Source of the DNA: Fimbriosthenelais zetlandica
Taxonomy: Eukaryota
Direction of reading: 5' to 3'
Length of the DNA stretch: 64,000 nucleotides
Assembly: GCA_977030845.1 (NCBI GenBank)
Contig: OZ365114.1
Span: 14,570,001 to 14,634,000 of the forward strand
A program made the position numbers and the translations under genes. Below are positions 43,371 to 54,250 of the stretch, piece after piece. The notes under the pieces are model-generated. The model had not been told where the DNA came from, made no database searches, and saw only the letters and a program-made list of their open reading frames with translations. Position 1 is the stretch's first letter, and the number at the start of each line of letters is the position of its first letter.

Positions 43371-43815
43371 AAAGTGAAGTGAAATATGAGGTTCAGTGCT
43401 GATTGGTTGAATCTCACAGAGCGGGACAAATTTGGCGCGGAGACAGTTCAGTTGTGATTGGTTAAATCTCACAGAGCGGGACAAATTTGGCGCGAAGACA
43501 GTTCAGTTGTGATTGGTTGAATCTCACAGAGCGGGAAAAATTTGGCGCGAAGACAGTTCAGTTGTGATTGGTTGAATCTCACAGAGCGGGAGAAATTTCG
43601 CGCGAAGACAGTTCAGTTGTGATTGGTTGAATCTCACAGAGTGGGAACAATTTTCGCGCGGAGACAGTTCACTACTGATTGGCTGGATCTCACAGAGCGG
43701 GACAAATTTCGCGCGGAGACAGTTCAGTGCTGATTCGCTGAATCTCACAGAGCGGGAAAAACTTTCGCCCGGGGACCGGAGGCGCATGCGTAGGCTACTG
43801 TCGCCTTAGGTCGAA
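43371..43815. promoter_or_regulatory. Putative E2F/NF-Y/NRF1 motif-dense promoter/enhancer-like cassette
   Basis: Six of 7 units contain GATTGG (reverse CCAAT box; unit 6 reads AGCCAATCAG on the minus strand). Most units contain GCGGGA(A/C/G)AAA and TTTGGCGC or TTTCGCGC (E2F consensus TTTSSCGC). GCGCATGCG (NRF1-like) lies at 43782-43790. Motif matches only; no function shown. Confidence 0.5.
43391..43777. repeat. Tandem array of seven 55-bp units (one is 56 bp)
   Basis: Units start at 43391, 43446, 43501, 43556, 43611, 43667 and 43722. Consensus is GTTCAGTTGTGATTGGTTGAATCTCACAGAGCGGGACAAATTTGGCGCGAAGACA. ATCTCACAGAG is invariant in all 7 units; the terminal units are the most diverged. Confidence 0.97.
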
Positions 43816-43855
43816 TTAGATTGTGAAAACTATGAGACTGCCATCTGAGAAGACG
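43816..43855 (+). repeat. Right copy of perfect 40-bp direct repeat flanking the array cassette
   Basis: Identical to 43331-43370. Confidence 0.96.
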
Positions 43856-46617
43856 GTACATGCATCTATGATAAGCAATAAGTGTTTGACTACTCAATGG
43901 CAATTGAAGTCAAGATATATCAACATTAGGTTAATTGTCGTTGGAAGCGTTTGTGTGTCTTTCCTGTCTTTCAAGGAAAAAAAGTGTCTTCAAACAAGGC
44001 TCAGGTCATTGTTCTGACAAAGAACATTTCCACGTCAAAATCCTTACATTCAAAAAGTGTCATCCATGAGAGGATCTGACTGAAATGATTGGCAAACCAA
44101 CCAAGAGTTTTTTTTCAAAATGAGTAGTTGAAAAAAGTGAACATAGATCAAATTTCAAATGTCACTAAACTGATCTCAATGATGTGAATATAAAGAGAGA
44201 AGTTTCAAAAAAACGTTCCTGCGTTCCTGGAATAGCACTCTATGAGGACTGGCCAGATGTTTTCTTAATTCTTTTCCTGGGAACCAACATAAGACGCGTC
44301 ATGTTTTTGTAAACCCAATTAAAAGTTGGAAATCCCCAAACTTGCATATTAAAGAGTGTTTGGTTGTTTTTGCATGGGAATTGTTCCTGGCCATAGCTCA
44401 ACGGTCACTTAATTGCTACGCTGGAGACAGTGTCAGCGTAAACTCTGTAATTTTCTCGGCCAGTAACGAATCAATTAACAGTTGCACAGCGGTCATTAGT
44501 TGACACCATCCAATCCAGAGGGCGTTGTCTATCAGCGGCACTGTGCCGTGAGTCCAATTCACAGAATGTGCTGTAGTTTGGATAATGAGGAATGAGGCAT
44601 GATGGGGCTTAAGAAAGGATATCAGGGAACAGGGTAAATAGGCGAAGTGCTAATGAACTAGTCCCCAGTGACGTATTGACCAAGGGGAATACTGTGTACA
44701 ACAATGGACGTACACAGCACAAATCGACACCCCAACTAATCCATATAACCAAAATAACCACAGGAAATCATCCTAAATCCATTTGTGTCAGAGATCTAAA
44801 TTTGACATATGGCATCAGATCTGATGTTATTTGAGTTTATATAATCTTGAGTTGCACGGGTTTGGTGTCATCTATGTAATGTACGTCAGATCTGATATAC
44901 CATTCAACGGTATGGTTTTTGTTTCCAAGGTTTGATAATGTGCCTTTTCTACATCCTTAGTGATGAAGGAGATATTTTCCTGTGATTAACTTGGTTATGA
45001 AATGGCTGTCTAATGCCTCATCTAAAACACATTACGTCCGGGCCTGAGTGGGCAAATCAAATATGCATGGATACTTTGGATGTATGGGCCCTGTCTCTAT
45101 CTCCCTCTAGGGAATTGACTAATGCTGCATTAACAAATATTTTATGTTCAAATTTGTGCACATTGGGCGGCGATTAGTCTTTTATGACCAAAAGAGAAAA
45201 ACAAAGCGCAATTAAAATTGTAATAGTATTTGTGTATACCATATAATTATACAACCTGCTGGAGATGAACATTGCATGAATCTAAATAATATTCTCTTAC
45301 ATCCATAAACACTGGAATTTCATGAGAGACGAAGTATTTCAATAGTATTAAATAGTATTAGTAGAAAAATCAGGGGAGAAAGTCTTATTCATGATATATA
45401 TGAACCTTTCTCGGAAAACACATTTTCCCTGACATAATGGGTTTTATGTAATGCTGACTTCCCTCTATTGTGTATCTCCTTAAGGCTGATCTCTCCTTAC
45501 ATGCATGGGACAGCAATAACGATACGAGGCACTGCATTGAAAGCCACTCCATAAGTAGAGACGTATCTCTTGTGACACTGAGAGGCTCAGGTCCCAAGAT
45601 CAGCGACTCCCCGGGGGGAGGTAAAATGCATTACATTGCGATACAGTTCTTCCGAGTATGAATAGCATTTCAATCCGTTATGGCATATAGATCCGTGATG
45701 CATCCCTGGTATCTTGCCAGCATAATAACCCATTTACACATGGGCCTGCCGGGATGCAATATTAATGTTCCAGAGCAATTCTGAATACAGACTATACTAC
45801 TACTGCCTCCCCACCGTTCGCTTCCACTTAAGTATTTTCCCCAATCGGAACATTGTCATGGAAATAGGATCTAGTGTTCCTTATTAGTTGCTTCCTATGT
45901 ATACAGGGACTTTATACAGGCTTAATATCCGAATGAAATTGTGTAGGCATATATATGTAATAGTGCTGAACTTAAAAACAGATTTTATTTAAGGCAGGGT
46001 TATTATGTTGTTGGATTGTGTTTACAGAATTTAGCATATTCCAATGATTCATCAAAATTGAAATACTTTTACAAGTGTAAAACCCCGGTGAATAAGTATC
46101 CTCCTCGGAGGTTGGCCAGAACAAATCTGATCCGTATGTTTAATGCACATACAGCAAGCTTTTTGAATTTTCACTCACTCTTCACTGCCATGCATTAAAG
46201 GAACAATGTTTTTTTTGTCAAGTCTACCTTGCTATAGAATTATTCCCACAAAAGAGATTTATGATGCCCGCTCACGACTGAAAGAGCAATGGAGCCTCAG
46301 GCACATGTTTATAAAACAAGAGATCCCATAATGCATATATAAGAGATGCCCAGTTGCTACATTATCCAGGCTAATAATACGTGGAACGGATACACATCCG
46401 TATTTGCTCCAGAAATTAATGGGCATGGACAAGAGACCTTGCAAACCATGAGAAAATAGAAAGTATAGCAGCATCTGCCTCATCTTGCTATGGTTTCTCA
46501 TTCAGTATATATGCTGTTCCGGGAAGCCTTATAGAGGGGCCATGCACGCCGGCAGAGGCAATGACAAAACAGAACATGGCGATGTAATTAAGGAAGGAGG
46601 GGGAATGAGGAAGGAAT

Positions 46618-46643
46618 GGGAGTGGGGGTGGGAGGGGTGGGGG
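46618..46643 (+). other. G-quadruplex-forming motif
   Basis: GGG-AGT-GGGGG-T-GGG-A-GGGG-T-GGGGG: five G-runs with short loops. Confidence 0.6.
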
Positions 46644-48808
46644 AGGCCTGGCCGTGGCAGTCTGACTCGGGCATCTGTGGAATGGCTTGATGCCATCTGA
46701 CAAGACAAGGCAAGTGTACAGACCAAAGCTTTCTGGTGGAAAATTGTGTTAATTCACCACCGCAGCGAGAATTGACATCTTCACTTCACCAGCGCAGCCT
46801 GATATATTGTACTACATGCTAATTAGGCTCTCGAGATGCCCCTACTTAAATACACACCCTTTATTCATTCATGACCAGGGAAATTGGGATGGTGAAAATA
46901 TCAATATTGCCAGCAGGATGTATACAGCCACGGAGACAGGGCTACTGTAGGAGGATCGCCGCCGTCTCCAGCTTTTTCCCTCACATTCACATTCACAGCA
47001 ATTTGCTGTTGGCAGCAATCACTGGTTATCCACACTGTCAGACCTCCCCTTATCTTATCACTGATGGCAGTGTTGTCAGTGAAGTTGCTGTCAATCCAGT
47101 TGAGAGCGAGAGAACAACCCACGTTTTTTAAAAGAACTGATCTGCTGTCACCAATGTTCTGTATCGGTTGAAAAGCAGGCTTATCCTTAGAAGCTTTAAC
47201 TGTATTGAGTAACATTTGATGGGCTTCCTTCCTTGTCTTTAGAACAGCCGATGGACAAAGCTTAGTGAACTTGGCTGTTAAAAGCGACAAGCAATGACAG
47301 ATTTAATCAGTTATATCCTTTTGCTGACAATAGACATCAGGCTAATCTCGCAAATGTTGAGTTGTAAGATTCAAAAGGCCATTTCATCTAATGCAGTGCA
47401 TATTCCCTCGTCTTTTGTGCTAATGTTCACAACAGTCATAAGGCTAATACTAAAGAAAAGATTACCAGAAATGAAATCCTAAAGAAGGAATTTATTGTAT
47501 CTTTCCATCGAATCGTTCTCAATGAGATTCCATATTACCCAAACTTCATAAAAAATTATGGTAATGGGTTGATAAAAGCCAAAGCAGGTCATGTGAAATG
47601 AACAGGGACAGATTTCACTTTTAAAACGCTCTCATTCATTTGATCGCTGAAACGGGTCTAACATCACACACAATGTCATCTATCACAATCACAATTTACG
47701 TAATTAATTAAGGCAATCGATTCTGACCCTGTTTCAAGAAAGCGTTTCAGAGGCGTTGGGAGTAGATGAGCATAATGCTATTACGGCTCATGCTAAAGCC
47801 AGGGCAGTGAAGCATACTCACAAGGCTAGAAGAAGTATAGAGGATGGGTGATTAGTTTTCACTTTGCTTGATTGGACAAGGATATGCACTTGTTGTCATA
47901 AAGCTGGAATATATATGGGGAGACCTCCCTATGTGAGATGGGGGATTACTGGTCGAGACCGAGGTAGATTGATGGATGGCAGAACGGGTGGTGTGATAAT
48001 CTATAGGTGGAGGATATATATAAATACATATATCGCTGGCAGCAGCTCCCCGGCATATTCTGCCCATCACAGACACCATCCCCTAACCTCTCAAACCAAA
48101 CAATCCCACCCCAAAAACGACTGACGCTACCGACCGGACTCGGAAGAGCCGGCCTCTACTCTAAATGGAGTTTGTATGTTCCCACCACCGGAGTTTGGCT
48201 ATAAAATGTGCATCACCAGAGCACCGGCTCACTATTCACCATTCTTTCACACTGGCCGGCTGAAAAGATGGCGGAAACAATATACCCTTCATGCATTCGA
48301 AGCAAGGCCTGGCCCAAAAAGCTGATGGAAGCCACTATATATAATGGTGTGTTTCGTGTTGGGTATATATGGCTTAGCTCTGTTTGAGATCTCCATCTGT
48401 TCTCATTGGCAGGGGTGGTAATATAGGACAATCTAAGATTTTTAACGATGGCTGACTCCGAGAGATGTGTGCGGCCCTTAAAAGTTACTTCACATATATA
48501 AAGGAGCAGTGGGCTAGTTGACGCATTGACTAACGCAACATTAGCTTCAGACTGTAAATGGAGGAGGGAACATAAGAAAGGCTAATCCTATTGTTTCTGT
48601 GACTACTCCACTGGCAGCTCAACGGAACGAGCTAGGATCCGGATTATCTATAATCTCACTATTGCCACAGAAAGATGAAAAAAAACAACCACTGGGTTGT
48701 TAAAATGGCGGATTATTCTTTATCATAATTGCTATGAACTTCCATACAGAACTGTGTTCACTCTGGCCGCTGCACATCTTAAATAACTACTATAGTTCCT
48801 AATCGGTA

Positions 48809-48840
48809 AGGCATCTAAAAGAACTAGGCATCTAAAAGAA
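48809..48840. repeat. Short tandem duplication (15 bp, 17-bp period)
   Basis: AGGCATCTAAAAGAA-CT-AGGCATCTAAAAGAA. Confidence 0.8.
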
Positions 48841-51800
48841 ATAGATCCTAAATGGGTAAGCGTAGACCCTTGAGCCGGTAGTGTTTCCTGTCTTGGCAAT
48901 ACGTCCATGGGACACAGTAGTATTGTATGTACTATATATACTTAATGGAGTTGTATTTGAGGCGAATCCAGTAACCTGGCCTTATAAAATATTACTTCAA
49001 AAGACCTTGCTTGCCTATAACACAACTGCCTTGGTCAATGTCATCAGAGAGACTACACCGCCTCTCTGATGTCATATACGGAAATGTTTCTGCGACACAG
49101 GACCCAAGTCTATAAACCTCGGCAGCGAACAAGAGTAATGGCCTCAACATTAAACATGCATAAAACCATGTTGCAATATAGGAACACATGTAATAACGCG
49201 ATCAGTTATGAGTGGGGCTAGGTTGTGTAGCCTTTGTGCAAGTGAAGAGTGGGCTGATACAATATGAGCTCAATACGTGGAAGTCAAACCATAGAAACTT
49301 GGGCCAGGTCTGGGAAAAGTCAGTTAGTTCTTATACACAAATACTTTTTGAGTGGGAGATTACAAATTGGCATCAAATGAGTCTCAGATAACACCAAGGA
49401 AAACCCGTATGTGCTGCTTAATTATTTCATTCTGGTCTGGCAACAGAAGATACATGACAAAATGAAATGTTTATTTGCACATTGTCTCGTTATTCCGGGC
49501 GTTCCCAGAGGACATAGGCTATCTGCCGAGCTGTCAGTTTCAGTTTAACACCTCGGTCCCTGCCTAAACCAGCCTAATTACTCCACCGATAGCAAAACCT
49601 ACCAGCGTAGGAAAAACTCGCATGGTACTTTGATGGACATTTCTGAAGAACAAATACAGAGAAGCAGCCATTGTGAGTCTAATCAGTGCTAAAACTATTG
49701 ACATGGCTGGACAGTTCGTCTCAGTAAAACCACCTAAGCCATGGCACATGGAAACTGTTAAAACAGCCAGAATCGGCAATCCGTTATCACAATAATTCAT
49801 CTCCCAGCCTCTTGGCAGAGTAGGGGTTAACACATAAATGGCAGGGAGTGAAATGTTAAACTTCCTGCACTGTACCTTCTATTTCTGACAGTTCTCTATT
49901 GATATACGAGAATGGCATGCATGTTATGCATGTCTGCCATGTTTTATGGGGGGCTTGGGGACGCGAGCTGTTAAGTTATAAAGATAACAAGGGGAGATTG
50001 TCTAAGGCAACATATAAGGTGTTACAAGGAGGGTGAGAGAGGGAGACCCTGCACTGAGAGGATGGTTAGCTCCTGATGCTGCAGCAGGCTCTGGATGGAG
50101 GAGGGGCCGGCAGAATGTGGGGTCTATGTCCCTCAAGGGTGCAATGATCAGGTAGGGTCTGTGGCTGAGAGCATTACCCGGACGACAGGAACTAGGCATG
50201 CGAATGGCCAAATCAGGGGGCCGCAAGTGACCGAGCCCCTTTCACTGGCAGGGTGCCAACTTGAAGGGTATGGATTCAAGGTTACAATGACCAGGAAAGA
50301 AGATCCCCCCATTTTATCGCTCAACTTGGAAAGTTCCGATAATAAGATGGTGAGCGTTTATTGGAAAATGCTTCCAGTGAATGCATGTCCATGACCTAGA
50401 TATGACATAGCATTTACTGAGAGAGTCATGGCGAAAAGTAGACAGAGCAAATAGAACTTGTTTACCGCCCTAGTTTGCAATAATAAGTACAACCTTCATG
50501 CAGCCAAAAGGGCCATTAAAACGACATGCTCAGCTCTTTCTTCTCCATAAAGGCAGAGGGAATTACTAGATTGATATTCGTGGGAGGATAGTAAGACCCA
50601 TGACCATAACAGTATCTTATTTCGATTATTAAAGAGTCATTACCAGGAATGAATACAGGTCATGCACTTGGACATTGACCTTGCTGCGGTCCTTCATCAC
50701 TTGGACACTGGACATCAAAGGGACCCAAAAGTATCTTTTATTACATATTTATTTGACTATGATGTGATTTTCTTGTATCAAAGTGGCCAGTGTCTGGTCC
50801 TCCAAAGTGCCCAGTTGCGATTAGCAGGTCCCGGCACATTCATATTGCACTGGTGCACACTTCGTCTTATGCCATCCGGTCATCTGATTCTCTTTGTAAG
50901 TCCCCCATAAGGGTCATTAACAAGGCTGCCCACTAGGTAGCAGCACAGCACCGACCATCTTGTATAAGTGGTCTCTTAAAATATTCAACTCTTCTGGTGG
51001 ATCTTCTCTACCCAGGCTACCTGACAGAAACACTGTCTGTTCTGAGTTTGAATTGCCAACTTGACAAAATCAAGAGCCTCCAGATGCTTTCGATCTGCCC
51101 TGGCTACCGTTTACTCACCCAACATACATTATTTAGCTTGGTCTGGTGACAGGTCAACCATTGTAACGAAAGCTTTTCCGAATTCATCTTAAAATTGATA
51201 AAAAGTAGTAGTGGACAGCGGCTGTTTTGTTGACCTATAGTATACCAAATCTATTCAGCCCTCCTGTCTATGGCGGGTTGCCTAGAGCACCATCCCATCC
51301 AGAAAGCCATGCATTTTTCATTCCAACTACTGTGGGGGTTGTCATTTTATTTCATGCATGGCAGGCTTGGGCCCCCTCAACACCGACCCAGAGGATGGCC
51401 CACGATGAATAAAGCAGTCCCAAGGTGCCATTATCAGCCTTTCTCTATCACCCTGGATCTGGCCTCTTTCACTTTATTCCATTTCAGCCAGCCCGGCTCC
51501 CCAACCTTAACCAATGGCCTCTACAATTAGCCTGACAATCAGGGCCATGTTACAGAGGTTGCTAGTGGCTCAGTTCAGATCAGACAGCCCCATTTGAGCT
51601 GCTCAGACCAGTCTCCAGGTGTCAGTCTCTCTGTGGGACACTTCCACTGGCCTAACGGGCCGACCGCTGCCCACACTCAATTAGCCCCACCCAAACTTAC
51701 TGGGAATTTTTCCGCAGAATTGAGCCAGTTTGTGTCACTCCGGGGACCCATACATTAGCTAGGTAATGGATAAAGTAGAGGCTAATTCATTGTACCGTCT

Positions 51801-53749
51801 ATTTAACTTCCCGAATTATACTGAAATAAAAGTCTCCCTTCATATAGGCAATGCTGCCGTCCAATGACTCCTATATATGAAACTGGAAGCAGTATACACT
51901 GTTTTGCTCCTCTAAAGCCGAAAATTCCCATAGGTCCATGTATCCCTGGCTTTACAAAGTCATACAGATGATAGAACCCAGGCAATCAAGTAAGCAAGAC
52001 TGGCATAGCTAAGCAGCAAGCCCCCTATCTTATATGGCATCCTTCTTGTGCTTATTTAGGCATGGAAATAGTGCTGTCCAGCGCATGCCACGCAGGATTA
52101 TACTATTTAAAAGGTCATTCTTTTTCATGAATCTGTTTAGTTGGCGGCTTTGGCTTAACGTTCCTTGCAGGGAGGACATAAAATAAACCTTCATATATAA
52201 ACCAAAGGTTCTGCATTCTATAGAAATGAGGATCTCCAACCCAACCTTCTGGACCAATGGAAACCAAATGGTAATTGACCTAGATTGTATACATAGAGGC
52301 TCGGAAATGTTCTATTGGTTATTCTAATATTTATGGGTGCTCATGAACATTTTCCACACCGATTGTCCTTTTATGTTTTTGAACAACTTGCGTCAATGAA
52401 TGCGAAACTGAATCTGAAACTTGTTGTCTTTCGTTATAATTATAGATCTGCACAACGTCCATACTTCCCAAGGCCAATAACCTCTCGGATTCATCACATA
52501 AGAAGATATGGGTGGGCGGCCTGCTCAGGAAGAAATACCCTAGGGTGAAGGTGGAGAAAACAAAACGGATTGGTTATATCTTTCCTGAAAAAAATATGAC
52601 CTTTTTGTATCTGCACTGGTTGGAGCAAATGGTTCTCCAAGGGAAACTTCCACCCACAGACAGTAGATGATAAATGTCGGCTTTTGCCTCTCTTCCTGTC
52701 ATCTGCATGGCATATACAATCCAAACAGTAGCACATTTTAGCCTATTACCCACAGCTGAGAGGTATAAAGTCTTTGCAGCCCAGGAGCAATTACAAACGA
52801 CTTTTCCCATGTCAAATCAGGGATTTGAAATGGGATTAGACAAGGCATGTACATAATAATATACTCTGAAAGACGGTAAAACATACATGTCAAATTCATT
52901 ATACATGGCTTAGGTTAAGTCTGTCGGCCTTTCTCACTGATTTTAATTAATATAGGACCAAAAGTACGAGGTACATTCTCATATAAAATGCTGAAGTGAC
53001 AGAAATCCTGTGAACCTAAGATGCTAATGTCAAAAGGAAAATAATGTACTTTCCCATAAGCAATTATCATTGCCGGGTATATATTTGGGAAAATAACCAA
53101 GATTGAAGCCCAGTGTCTATTGCTGCCGAGAAATTATGTGGAAACGGTGTCTTGTGAAAGAACAAGAACCTAAAGGGCATCGCTTCTGACAGTAGATGCA
53201 ATGGCCTGATGAGAAGGGATCACACCAGGAGTCAAAACGGAAAAAAATTAGCCCTCTGGGTGACGTTTTTCACTCACCTCCATATAAACCTGTGAGCCTT
53301 TGTGACCCTGGGTTTTCGATCTCCCATTCCAAGTCTTCCATACCGAAATAAGGCAACTACCCAGGCGAAAAATAAACCAATGTTCATTGTTTGGCCAAGT
53401 GCACACAACCAGTAGAGAAACTTGCTGCGTAAGGCAATCTGCGTATCATATATCAGGCTCCGCTTTTTTCAGATTATAAAAATGGAAAACTGAAGACCAG
53501 ACCATATTGGCTTGATGTTCGTATTTTGAAGTCTGGCTTCGCTTTCAACAGTTCAGACATTAAAAAGAAATCTACACATGAAGTTCAGTAAAAAAAATCA
53601 ATAAGGAACCACTCTAGGTGTAGAATATAGGCTACAGAGGACTCTCTCTTGATAAAAGTGCTTTAAGTCGCTTCTCTTAGATAGGTTGAAGTAAGATGAA
53701 GTGCCTACAAATATACAGTTACACAGTCACACTATAGAACACTACGAAT

Positions 53750-54250
53750 TACCTGTACAAATACCCCCGGAAAGGGTATATCCTCGTTGGCAGATACATT
53801 GCCCTGTCCCTGCATCGCATCCAGCAAGGTTCTGCTGATACGCGTTCTCACACTGCTTGAAGGCATTACAAGGTGTTTTTGAGGAAGGGCTGGCATCCTT
53901 GAGATCTGAAACGATAATGGCATGGCAATGAGATTATATTTCACCAGTGTTTCTTTGCTTTAGGGAGGAATGAATGATTTCTCAAAGGGAAATGAATGTT
54001 CGAGTTAAATACGTCCCAAATGTTTACGATTCCGGGGAAACAATCACTGCAGGGAAAATGCCTCTGATGATATTCTTCACTATTCTCAGTGAAAAGGTCA
54101 GAAGTAGACGCATTTTTGCTATTTCAATCATTTACAATCTTGCAATGGTTATTAACCATGGAATTCTAAAATGTGATCTAAGAACTAGGAAAACACATGC
54201 AATGATGAATCCTTTTCTTAACCACCATATAGAGCTCAGGAATTTCTTTG
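53750..54250 (-). mobile_element. Decayed DIRS-like tyrosine recombinase
   Basis: RIPWLITIARL (~54160; cf. PxWDLxxVL), then NHSFLPKAKKHW*NIISLP (53924-53979; cf. PxFLPKVxSxFHxNQxIxLP), then HL...RISRT. Spacing fits DIRS YR. Confidence 0.45.

Noticed and set aside
43415-43445. V(D)J-type RSS (CACAGAG resembles heptamer CACAGTG)
   Set aside because: No ACAAAAACC-like nonamer at 12- or 23-bp spacing.
43391-43777. CRISPR array
   Set aside because: The units are contiguous 55-bp near-copies with no unique spacers. No cas genes are present and the context is eukaryote-like.
43230-43809. ORFs 43230-43484, 43524-43787 and 43627-43809 as repeat proteins
   Set aside because: They are read-through of the 55-bp array. 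The period is not a multiple of 3 and the ORFs have no domain-like content.
44394-44404. tRNA or tRNA-derived SINE (A-box-like TAGCTCAACGG)
   Set aside because: No B box (GTTCRA) downstream and no cloverleaf.
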